Origin: Vicugna vicugna | Lineage: Eukaryota | Assembly (NCBI GenBank): GCA_013265495.1 | Contig: MU058669.1 | Span: 124,001-188,000, forward strand | Length of the DNA: 64,000 nt | Direction: 5' to 3' | Shown here: positions 25,703-37,300 of the stretch, piece after piece | Position numbering within the stretch: position 1 is the stretch's first letter | Layout: each line of letters starts with the position of its first letter | Made by a program: the position numbers and the translations under genes | The notes under the pieces: generated by a model | The model's database searches: none | What the model was told of the DNA's origin: nothing | What the model saw: the letters and a program-made list of their open reading frames with translations, nothing else

Positions 25703-27464
25703 AAAGATGATCTCTTAGAATCAAGAAAAGTGCCTTCACTCTGAAAATTACCAAAACCAGGACAGCACCTTACATCTCACTCTACTTATTTAATTTAACC
25801 CTCAAAAAATTTTAAGCTATCCCCATTGGATGAATGAAGAAACTGAGACCCAGAGAAGTCAAGGGATTTGCCTCAGGTCACACAGCTTAGGACTCAAACC
25901 CAGGTTTGCCTGATTCTCTCCTCTGCAGCCTGACTCTGCTGCTAGCTGGATGTATGATCTCAGGCAAGTCACATCTCTTTTCCCAAGCCTCAGTCCTGTC
26001 CCCCCACCAGGTACACGCGCATGCGTGTACACACACACACACACACTGTCATTGTAGAAGGGGAGGGTCACATGAGGCCATGGATATGGGAGTGCTTTAT
26101 GCATTACAAGCTGCTCTCTGTGACTGAAAAATTATTAGCGTAGGTGATGCAGAAAGTACCAAAGGGCCCCTTCTCTGTGATGACCACCTTGGGAGTCCCA
26201 ATATTCTCACAGGATCTTCCTGTGAGTCAGGGTGCTGTGTCTCCCCAGTCCTCCATTAAGCTTACGGAAGCATTTTAATCAGCAGTTGTGAATACCACCT
26301 CCCTGTGAGAAAAGTGTTCTTGGCTCCCATTCAACAGATGAAGAAACTGAGGTACAGAGAGGTAAGTCTTTGCCCCAGGGGATGCAGTTTGTGCCCAGGG
26401 GGAACCTGGGAGCAGACATCAGTCCCTAGACCCCAGGCTGTGGCTTCCCAGTGGGTGACACACTCCTGGTGAGCAAGTCAGAGGGCAGCACTGGAAGAAA
26501 GAGGGCCAACGTACCGTTCTGCCCTGGGGGTGGGGTAGGGGAGATAAGTCCCACCGAGCCCTCCAGCTCCTTCCTTCCACCCACCCCCTCTTTCTGGGCT
26601 GGAGATTTCTCAGCCAAGCCAGCCCCTCCCCCACCATGCAAATGCCCCCAGCCCTGCAAGCTTCATTCTCACCTGCTTGTGAACAACTTTAATTCCACAC
26701 CTCGGCCACTTTCTTTCCTGGAGAGAGGAGTCTGGAGTGGGGAGCCAGTCAGATTTAGGGATGGGCTCAAGATGGAAGGGGTGAACATAGGGGTTTGACA
26801 AGGACCTCCATCTAGCCAAGCTGCTCTCATGTTTTAAACTATTGGAACCCAGAAAGGGGCTCAAAGTCTCACAGTCAGGCAGGGGCAGAACCTGGGCCTG
26901 AATTTAGGGGTCCTGAGCTCCAGGTCTAACGATCTTGCCCTTCTTTGCTTTGTGCTGTGAGTTCAAATGGCAAGAGACTTAGCTACCAGCAGGAAAGAGA
27001 CACTGGAAAATACTTGTTGTACATGAATGAATGAATGAATGAATACTGGTCCATCCTCTGGGGGGAGAGTAGGGGTGTGTGATACTGACTCCTCTGTGGG
27101 ACCCTACCTTACCTCCCTAAAACCATCTCTCCCCCTTTCCTTGATTTTCACCAGGGTTCCCTCCTTTCCCCAGAGAGTTGTGCGCCACCTAGAGGAAGCT
27201 GGGAGCCCGGCACCCTCAAGCGCTTCTAAGGTGGCCCCTACCGGCTTCCAGTCTCTTACCTGATGCCAGGAGGCATCGTTCTGACCAGGCTCAGCATCAG
27301 TAAACATCTAGTGAATGACAGCATTCTTGCAGCAGAAAGGACTTAGAGTAGAATATGCCATACATGTTCCCACAGTGGTATTTTCTTCTCAGAAGCCACT
27401 TTCAAGGCCTTTCCCTTCCCCCTTTCCCACCTCCTCGGTTTCCTGACCTTTGAAAAATACAGAC

Positions 27465-27980
27465 AGAAGAAACAGTATCACATCTGTGGTGTTCCTTTTG
27501 CATAACCTGAATCTATCATCAGATGAAACTCATTTAAGGGACATTCTACAACATACTTGGCCAGTAATCTCCTAAAGTGTCAAGGTCGTGAAAGTCAGAG
27601 AAAGTCTGAGGGATTGTCCCAGGCTGAAGGAGACCCAGGAGACGCAGCTGAGCACGCACGTGATTCTGGTGCGGTGCACAGTCTCCGATGGGGTCCGAGG
27701 ATTCGATGGGAGAAGTGTGCCAGTGGGCATCTCCTGGCGGTGATGGTTGTGTTACAGTTTGCAGGAGGTGGTCCGTGTTTATTGGAAATAAACATCAGTG
27801 TTCAGGGGAGGTGGGGCATCAGATCAGCAACTTATTTCCAAATGGTTCGGAGGAAAAAACTTCTGTGTACTTTACTCTCAACTTTTCTATACATTAGAAA
27901 TTGTTGCAATTAAAATGTATGTAGCTCTGCTAAAAATTTATGTATATATATTTTAAAATGTATGTAGCTTCAAAAATAAA
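27465..27980 (+). mobile_element. L1MC4-like 3' end
   Basis: gcataacctgaatct...agggacattctacaa...agtgtcaaggtc. Confidence 0.7.
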
Positions 27981-28682
27981 TCCAATTAATGTACTGCAGG
28001 AAAAATATGCAGACAGTTATACCTCCTCCTTCAGACTGGAATGGTGGTGAAATGAAAATCTGTAATTGTACGATCATTTACGGAGCTCTGACCAAGGGCT
28101 TTCCATTCATCACCCTATTCACTTCTCACATGCTCTGTCTGTGGAGCAGCTATCCTCACTCTCCTTTTTTAGGTGGAGAAACTGAGATTCACGGGGGTTG
28201 TTGAAGTGACCCAGCCAACGTGGCTGAATCTGCAGCCCTCAGTCTCAGCACTGAACTGTGCTGCCTTCCCTGCAGCTGCGGTCAGCCCAGGGCCTGCCCC
28301 ACGCTCTAAGCACGGCCCTCTCCTTTCCTCATCTCCATTAGTCAAAATCTTGCTATTTAAAAACAAAACAAAACAAAACAAAAACCCACAAAAACAAACA
28401 CCAAAACAAAATTAAAAAAAATAAAATAAAAATAAAATAAATAAGCCTAATTCCTCCCCCCAAAATAAATAAGATTAAAACTTAAAAAAAAATACACAAA
28501 AACAAAAAACAAAACAAAACAAAAAAAAAGAAAATCTTCGTATTCATTAAGATCAGGCTTGTATGCCATTTCTCCAGGAAGTCTCCTAGGATTCTCCCAC
28601 GGGATACAAATCTCCATCTCTGAGATCAATCCTTCTCATGGTCAATCATTCATTCACTAAAGAAATGTTAGTTCAGAGTCTT

Positions 28683-28718
28683 CCAGGTGGCGGGGACGTG
28701 CCAGGTGGCGGGGACGTG
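28683..28718. repeat. Perfect 18-bp tandem duplication CCAGGTGGCGGGGACGTG x2, within a minus-strand L2 relic (~28640-29170)
   Basis: Direct reading. Confidence 0.95.
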
Positions 28719-29698
28719 TGGATGTCTAAAACAGACGCTCTTCCCACCCCTGTGGAAACGGAGACTCAAATTGCCAACCAACGAACACACATATAATCCC
28801 AAATTGGTGGGAGCCATCAGGCAACAGACAGGTGCTGTGACCGCAGGGTGGTCGGAGGCCTCTGGGCAGGACAGCATCACGGGTACAGGGCAGGTGGGAA
28901 GAGCTGAGACCGGCATGCGGTCGGCTTGCTGGAGGAGCTGGGGGCAAAGTAGCACTAGAGAGAATGGAGGTGCAGAGCGGAGGCCCACGAGCACGGCGGG
29001 CAGGGGCGAGATCCCACAGGGCTGGGGCCGTTTTTAAGGAAACTGATCTTCACTGGACTGCAGAGAAAGCCACTTGTGGGTTGTGAGGAGAGAGCGGCAG
29101 AGATTTACATGTTTAAAAGACCACTCTGGGGCAGCTGTGGAAGATCAGAGGGGATGAGAGTGGAAGCAGATGGGTCCTTATCTCTCCCTCCCTGTTTTCT
29201 GGTCCAGTTCGGGTCTTATCTTGCTTTCTAGAGAGCTGCTTGCGGCCAGGGAAGGCGTCTGTCTCAGAGGTCGCAGAGCCCAGGCTGTCCCTCCTAAGCT
29301 CAGCCAGAAGGCTCCATCTGCTAGTCTAAGCTCTGTCCCTGGGGACAATCTGGGACACACTCTGCTCTCTGCTCCCCAGGGCTCTGTGGCCCCAGCACGG
29401 GTGGAATGTTTGACAGAGGAGTCCACGTGTTCTCCAAACAGACCTTGATTCATGTTTCCAGGAGAAACTTGCAAACAGACTTCTGCCGGCTGCATCCATC
29501 AGAGGAGAGATGGGCTCTGTAAACAAAGGCCCACAGACTGTCTCCAGCTACAGGCAGACACCCCTCCTGTGGGTCACTGCGGCACCCTGCTGCTCCCTGG
29601 CCACGCGGGCTGTGCTCTGTGCCAGGCCCCTCTCTAGAGCCGCAAAGACATACTGTCCTGCACTGCCCCATTTTGCAGGTGAGAAAACAGAGGCTCAG

Positions 29699-29902
29699 AA
29701 CAACAAGGACCTACTGTAGAGCACAGGCAACTATATTCAATTTCCTGTAATAACATATAATGGAAAAGAATCTGAAATAAAAAAATATATATGTATGTAT
29801 ATGCATAAATGCATCACTTTGCTGTACACCTGAAACTCACATTGTAAATCAACTTCGCTTCAATAAAAATTTTAAAAATATATAAGTATATTAAAAAAAG
29901 AA
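29699..29902 (+). mobile_element. 5'-truncated artiodactyl-type L1 inserted into a MIR
   Basis: Perfect 17-bp TSD AGAAAACAGAGGCTCAG at 29682-29698 and 29903-29919. Confidence 0.92.
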
Positions 29903-31582
29903 AGAAAACAGAGGCTCAGGGATGTTAAGTCAGTGGCCAAGGTCACACAGTCAGCCCAGCTAATACAAGCACTATCCTGTATTCGCCTACCCTACTAGGA
30001 ATAAAATTAACAGTAAGGAATATTTCTGAGTACCCATGTGCCAAGCACTGTTCTAGGTGTTTTATCAGATCAATTCATTTCATCCTCACAACAACCCTAT
30101 GAGGTAAAGGGGTCTTATTTTCCCATTTTTCATATGGGTAAACCAAAGCAAAGAGAGAGGGGCCAGATGATTGCCCAAAGTCACGCTGAGAGTAAGTGGG
30201 GAAGGTGGAACTTGAACCCAGGTGCTGTGAGCCCAGAGCCCACATTTCACTCCACCTATGGCTTCCCTGGCCTCCCAGGACCTAAGGGGATGCTGGTTCC
30301 TCTCACTCACTTCTGTCTCTGTTTAAGGAGTAGGGAAACCAAGGCCCCAAGAGGGAAGTGAGTCCCAGCCACCCAGCTTCCCTGGCAGCGGGGCCTGGGG
30401 TCTGTGGGGGCTCCTTTTCCAAGGCCAGGATAGGCCCTGGAGGACTGGTTCTCCTCCCAGCAATGCCGCTGCCTTGCTGTGCGAACCACAGCAAGTCACA
30501 TCCCTTCCCTGAGCCTCGGCTTCCCTATCTACTCAGTGGGAATGACAGCTCCAGTCCTCACCCACATTGTAAGGAAAACCTGGGGGGTGAAGGGCTGGTG
30601 GGACGGGCTGAGCTTCCTGGCCTGGATTCCTAGCCCGTGAACAGAATGGCCAAGCAGCTGTTCAGTCTGGGGTTGAAAGCCCCAGGAGTGGGGCTGGGCT
30701 GGGCCGCCCCCATTGTGAGACCCCCCACCTTGGGCTCCAGCCCAAATTGCCAGACACAGACCTGAGAGGAGGGCCCCCCTCCCATGGGGGTGACCAGGAG
30801 CCAGCCGGCTGGCCATTTGTCCACAGATGGGTGTGCAGATAACAAGCGTCTGGAGATAAGGCAGGGCCTGCGAGTGGCCCAGTGGAGAGTCAGGCCGGGC
30901 CCCAGGGCGGCAGGGCAGAGAGAGATGGACCCCAGCCCTGAGGCCTGCCTGGACAGGCTTCTCCCACCCCATAGCAGTGGGCTGGTGCCCTCTGCTCTTC
31001 TGAATTGGCCCCCACCCGTAACCAAAACAAAGCAGAATAGAGCAAACATATAAACAAACAACAACAAAAAACAAATGCTTTTTATCATAAGTGCCACTTA
31101 AGCTGGAGAGAGCCCTGCATTCCAGGCTAACCCTGCCACTGACTTCCTGGGCAGCCTGCATCCATTATGTAGCTGGCAGACTCCAAGTCTTAGTTTCCAC
31201 ATCTGGGCAGTGGGCATAGGGATTCAGCTCCCTCCTTCCTCACAAATAGAAAAAAAAAAAACAACAAAGATAAGCAGCTAACACCATGCTAACGCTGTGA
31301 AGTAGGTACTGTTATCCCCACTTTACAAATGGAGAAACTGAGACGTGAAGGGCTGAGGTCACACAGCCAGTACGTGGCGAGGTTAAGATTCCAACGTAGG
31401 CAATAGGATTCTAGCTCTGGGCTCTTCACTGCCTGAAATGTCACTGCTAATTTTATTCAAGGAACAAAGTAAATGGCCATTCAAGCCCATTTTGGTTTAA
31501 AAAATACACACATTGATATTTGTATATTCAAAGACATTTTCAGGAAAATATACTTGCAAATATTTACAGCATCGGTATCCAG

Positions 31583-31809
31583 AGCGGGGCTTGCAACCTC
31601 GGCTCTATGACATGATAGGCTGGGTGCTTCTCTGCCGAGGAAGGGCTGCTGTGCTGGACGGGGTGCAGCATCCTTGCCTCCATTCATTAGATGCCAGTAG
31701 CAGCACTGCCTCCTCCCCCACCCCCAAGCTGGACAACCAGAAATGTCTCCAGTAACTCCCAGATGTCCTCTGGGGAGCACACCCCTCCCACCCTATTAAA
31801 AACCAGTGA
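31583..31809 (+). mobile_element. MER20-like hAT-Charlie element
   Basis: gcagcatccttgcctc...tagatgccagtagca...gacaaccagaaatgtctccag. Confidence 0.8.
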
Positions 31810-32714
31810 CCTAATGGCTAAGCGGGGCGATGGATTTCTAAGCCCTACTCTGGAAATGTTGCCATGTGCAAGCATGACACGTTGAAATGAGAAGAAACAT
31901 CAAGAAGGACAGAAAAATAAAGAAAAGTCACTGGATGATGGATAGAAGGGTGGAAAGACAAATGAATGTTGCCTGAAGGAGCCAGATGAAAATCAGAGTC
32001 TGGGTGTTCTGGGCAAGCATACTGAATCCAGTCGATCCCTGCCTTTCACGGAGAGGAAAGGGAGGCTCATGGAGGGAAGGGGCTTATCTGAATCCACAGA
32101 ATGGGCTGGTGTGTTGGCTCCTGGTCCAGTGCCCTCAACCCCAGAATGCAGAAAAGCAAATCAGAGGACAGCCAAGCCAAGAAAACATCCTTGCTTCTGC
32201 AGCCTGAGGCTCCAGGGCTTGAGGGCAGAGCTGCCAGGCAGCCTGCCTAATAGTCTCAGGTGATGGCTGGAACATTCCGGAGGCAAGTGACTCCGCCTGC
32301 GACCTGGCTTGCATGGAGCCCTCATGTGTAGGCAAACACATGCACACACCCCCGAGGGCAAGATGAGCGGGGAGAGTCTGTTCCATGGCCCCGTGTGCTG
32401 GCAGCAGAAACAGGAGACTAAGTCAGATCGCGGTCGCTGGGAGCCCCACGCCGGGGAGATGGTGGGGAGCCCTAGGGCTGCTGAGAGTAGGATGAGCTGT
32501 GGCTACGGTATTGAAAGGAGACCCTCTCCTAGGAGGTGGTGAGGATGACAGCTCTCCTTCACTGAACACTTACTAGGTGCCCACAGTGTGTCTCCAGGGA
32601 GGAGGCAGGATTCAGGTCTGGGTGCGTCTGGCTCCAGGGCTTGAGCTCCCAGCCTGGCCGCTCTCCTCCAGCGCTGCCTCTGGGGAGGACTCGGCAGTGG
32701 CGCTCATCACGACA

Positions 32715-33160
32715 GCCAGGAGGTGCAGCAAGGTGAGTGTCTGTGCACGGACAACGGATAGCAAAACGAAGTCCATACATACAAGGGAATAGGATTCAGT
32801 CTTAAAAAGGAAGGAAATTCCCACACAGGCCACAACATGGATGGGCCTTGAGGACATCATGCTATGTGAAATGAGCCAGTCACAACACAACAGATACTGT
32901 ACGGTTCCACTCCTACGAGGGACCCAGAGGGGTCAAATGCATACAGACAAAAGGAGAGTGGTGGTCACCAGCGGGGGACGGGGAGAAGTGGAGGTTGTTG
33001 TTTGTTGGCTGCAGAGTTTCAGTTTTGCAAGATGAAGAGAGTTCTGGAGGTGGATTGCCCAACAATGTGATCATACTTAACATGACTCGACAGTATACTC
33101 AAGAATGCTTAAGATGCTAAGGGTTACGTTATGTGTATCTTACCATAATTAAAGTAAAAA
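32715..33160 (+). mobile_element. L1MB-like 3' end
   Basis: acaacatggatgggccttgaggacatcatgct...gagtttcagttttgcaagatgaa. Confidence 0.8.
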
Positions 33161-33245
33161 GGATGAGGCAGAACATGGGTGAGACAGTCAGGGTTCCCTG
33201 AGGGAAGCAAAACCACTGTGATTTCTGAAATAAGACATTTTTATG

Positions 33246-33348
33246 CAAATATATGTATGTATATGCATGACTGGGACACTGTGCTGTACACCAGAAATTG
33301 ACACACTGTAACTGATGGTACTTCAATAAAAAAAATTATAAAAATACA
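33246..33348 (+). mobile_element. Young 5'-truncated L1 3' end
   Basis: atatgcatgactgggacactgtgctgtacaccagaaattgacac; degenerate TSD (17/20) at 33226-33245 and 33349-33368. Confidence 0.85.
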
Positions 33349-35579
33349 TGAAGTAAGGCATTGTTATGGGGGGATGATTGGGGGAGTGGGGATTCAGGAG
33401 GGACACTGGAGGGTAAGAGGAGCCCTGTGATCTGAGAGCCCTGGGAGGGTTGTGGGAAGCTGAGTCTTGGTGGCTGAGTCTCTTTGATCCACCCTCACCG
33501 TCTGGGTGCTGGGTCCCAGCCCCCGTTGTTCAGCTGGGCCATTGGCTGGCAAGATGAGCTGGACGTGGAGAGAGATGAGTGAGGAGATCCTGCTGCCACC
33601 TCTGAGTCTACCCAGTGGGCATCTGACCACCACAACCTCGAGAGAGGGACGGCCTCTTAGCTTCCGCCTTCCAGACCCCCAACACACTCCTCTCCTGGCC
33701 GCCTCTAACCAGACCCCCCCCCCCACAGTGAAGGCACTTTAGGAACCAAAGTTCCAAGCTTAACCAAGTTGACCAAGAACACATCACCTCACGGGGCGAC
33801 GGTGGTGTCACCTACTGGACACAGTTAACTGAAAAAGATGGAGCAAAACATGAATGGTAGGCATATTGTTTTTTTAAGCTGTAGTAAAAAACACATCAAT
33901 TTTACCATTTTCATCATTTTTAAGTGTACACTTCAGTGGCGTGCAGGACATTCACACTGCTGTACAATCATCACCACTATCCTTCTGCAGAACTTTCTTA
34001 CCATCGCAAACTGAAACTCTGAGCACATCATTTTTTCAGGACACACACATGCACACGCCACACCCACACCCACACCCACACAGCCCTCTACCTCTGTGTG
34101 CACAGAATCTCTCTGGAAAGATACTCAAGAAACCAAGAAACTCAGTGGTTGTCTCTGGAGATGGGGACTGGCAGGCAGAGGTGGGAGAGAGATTTATTGT
34201 TAGAGACTTAATTTTCACTTTTTATTCTTTTGTATTGTTTGAACATGTATTTTTATTCATTTTTTCCCCCCGGAAGCTGCTCTTCTCCCTTAACTCTGAG
34301 TTTAGAAGGAAGGTCTCCTCCTCCTTTACCAAACAGATCAGAGCACTGTGCTTGCCTGCCTCCGCCCGGAACACACAGCCTCCAGCACAGTTTGGTGTGG
34401 GATATGGACGGCTGGGCAGTGTGACTCACCATGTGGCCTTAGGCCAGAACTTTCACTCTCGGGGCCTCAGTGTCCCTGTCTGTACAAGGAAAGGCTTGGA
34501 ATCGATGGCGCCTAAGAGTCTGTGATGCTCAGGGATGTCTTGATTCTAATCAAGGTTGTAGAATTCGCCTGGAGGCTGGGTCTTTGCGGTGGAAGCCGAG
34601 ATGCAGGCAGATAGAGGGACGGGAAAGGCAGTGGGAATGGGAGGAGAAACAAGAGTTCCTGGTTACCTTCTGCTCAGAGAAGCCAAGGGCTGGCCCCAAA
34701 CAAAGTTAGCTTCAGTAATGGAGGTAGCAGCTCCCGTCAAACAGTCTTGGGACACTGCAGGCTTCCTTGTCATCCTCATCTTACTTCTTCTCTCACATAT
34801 TAAAATATATCCACAACTATTAAAACAGCAAATGCTCACTTTGTATGCTGTAAAACCATCTAGTTTACCACACTCGGGGAACCGCTGATCCGGTCAAATG
34901 CGATCACAGTACAGCGGTTATATCTGGTGCCCTGGAGAAGGCAGTACAGGGGGTGGTTAATACCTCTGGACTTAGGCAGATTTCCATTGCAGCCCCCCCC
35001 TAGCACGTGGTAAATGCTACCTAAATGCTAGCCATTACTATTATTACATGCTATAAAAGGAAATTATTACACACTGTAAAATGTAAAATAAAAAATGAAC
35101 TTATACCTTGTGTTTAAAAACTAATATGGATATAATAAATACTTAATTACAACATAATTAGCCATAGGAAGCCTCCAGAAAGAGGCACAGGACATTGAAA
35201 GATCCATGGGCTGCCTCTAGGGAAGGGGTTTGCGGTCGGGAGTGTGCCATAAGTTCTGTACTTTAAAGAATGGCTTGACTTTCAAACTTATAACAGTATG
35301 GATTTTAAACAATCATTATGAGGCTGATTCCAGGCCTGGGGCAGGAAATGTACAAGATGAGCCTGGGACACCTTATAATTAATACTAAAGAGCAAGGATG
35401 CTCTGGGACTACTGGAGTCATGCTAAACTGAAGAGTCTTCCACTGCCTAAAGAGAAAAGGTGGAGAAAAGGAGTGTTAATAAGGATAAAAAACTGTGATG
35501 AATCTAGAGTTCGTAAAGAAACATAAACAAGGCAGCCAACACATAAGTAAATACCTCACTGGTCTGCAGAAGATGCTGG

Positions 35580-35990
35580 GTGTGACTAGTGGCAAAGATG
35601 GACTCAATTCCTCACCCTTCCCTGAACCTGTGGGGAATGCTACAGCTCCTCGCATTGGGAGCTGAAATCTATGTCCCCACCCCTTGAAGCTAGGCCATGT
35701 GACTTGCTTTAGCCAACAGATGCTGGCGAACACAACCCCGCAGAGGCCAGCAACATGCTTCCATGGTTGGGCTTGCCCTTAAGCTACTACCCTCAGCGCT
35801 CAGACATGTCCTGGGGGAGCTCACTGGCCCCAAGAGAGTAAGAGACACATGGAGCAGATCCAAGCCTCTACTTCAAGCAAATCCAGCTGCCCCACCCACA
35901 TGAGAGAAAATCACATGCTTGTCTTCTGTACCACTGAGTTTGGGGTGCTTTGTTACTCAACACTATTGTGGCAATAGCTGACTCATCCAG
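35580..35990 (+). mobile_element. MaLR LTR (MLT1H-like) inside an L1MC relic
   Basis: ggccatgtgacttgctttagccaa...ccactgagtttggggtgctttgttac...gtggcaatagctgac. Confidence 0.8.
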
Positions 35991-36719
35991 ATATGATAAC
36001 GGTATTGTAGTTTATTTTAAAAGAAGACCCTACATTTCAGAGTTATAAACTAAAATATAAAATATGCAAATTTTTTAAAATATTAATATCTCAGTCATAT
36101 ATGTTAATATTATAAATTGTGAATTATTAAATTCATTTATTAAAAATGAATTTATTTCCAGAGGAAAACTGTATTCTGATGTCAGACCCTATATAAAACC
36201 ATGTGTCTTATCTTGAGTTAACTCAAGTCTCAGTGTCCCTGAGGCACGTGTCTCCTCTCCTGCAGTGCTGTAGGGGCCTGGAGTCCTGGAGGGTCAAAGT
36301 GAGGCGGGAATGTGGACTATGCTGCCCGTGTCCTCACTGGGGGAGTCTAAGGACCGTGGAGGTGAAGGGACCTGCCATAGGTCACTGTGAGCTGAGACTC
36401 CCACCCAGGACCCCCGACGCCTCGGCTTTCTACTCTTCTACAGTGCTAAGAGCAGAGGCCACAGCTGGCTGTGGGCATCTCCTCCCCTTCCCAGGCTTGG
36501 CCTGGAAAAGTCCAGAACTCATTACCCAGCCCCGTCCTGTATCAATTCCCAACCCGGGGGTCCCTGAGAAATGATACCTTTTAAGTATCCCTGAGCTGAA
36601 ACTTTAGAGTGGCTCCCTTCGTAATCCATCTGCCTCCTCTCTCTGTCCTCCCCACCGAGCCCCATCCACCTAGGTCTGTGAAGGAAGGGATCCTGTACAA
36701 CTTTGCTCCCTCCTGACCT

Positions 36720-37300
36720 CTGAGTCCCTCCCCTGGACGACATCCACCTAACCCTGTCCCCTCTCCCTCTTCTACACCGGCATCTCCTCTCTCCACACAG
36801 CAGAGTGACCTTTGAGCAGATGCAACAGATCCACACGGCCTCTTTTTAACCTCTTCCGTGACTCCCCACAGCTCTCAGGATAAAGGTCTCAGCCTCAAGA
36901 TCACAGCCCTCTGTGACCCAGCTCCTGCCACACTCACTTCACCCAGGCTCCCTCTCATCTACTGAGCTCCGGCCTCACCAGTGCCTTTTAGGTCTTTGTA
37001 CTCAAAGCCCTCTCTCTTGTTGCGGGTCTCTGTATACTCTGTTCCCTCCACTTGGAACACTTGTTCTTGTCCTGTCCCCCTTTCCTTTAAGGCTCACCTT
37101 AAGTGTGGCTTCCTCCAGTAAACTTTCCCTGACCCCTGGTAGACTCAGGGACACTCAGGAGGCCCTGTGCACCCCCATTTCTCTTTCTGTACTGTATTTG
37201 TTCCTTTCCATGATTAGGGGGTCTTGCTCAGCACAGGGCCCCACCAAGGCCTGCTCTGTATTAGGTGCTTGATGAACATTCAACAAACAGATGAATGAAT
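36720..37300 (+). mobile_element. L2 fragment
   Basis: cagcagagtgaccttt...ttccctgacccc...gaatgaatgaatg tail. Confidence 0.65.

Noticed and set aside
30529..31161. 210-aa minus-strand ORF (similarly 33941-34525, 38833-39387, 54972-55577, 58340-58882)
   Set aside because: No recognisable homology; these cross repeats or simple sequence and are consistent with chance ORFs.
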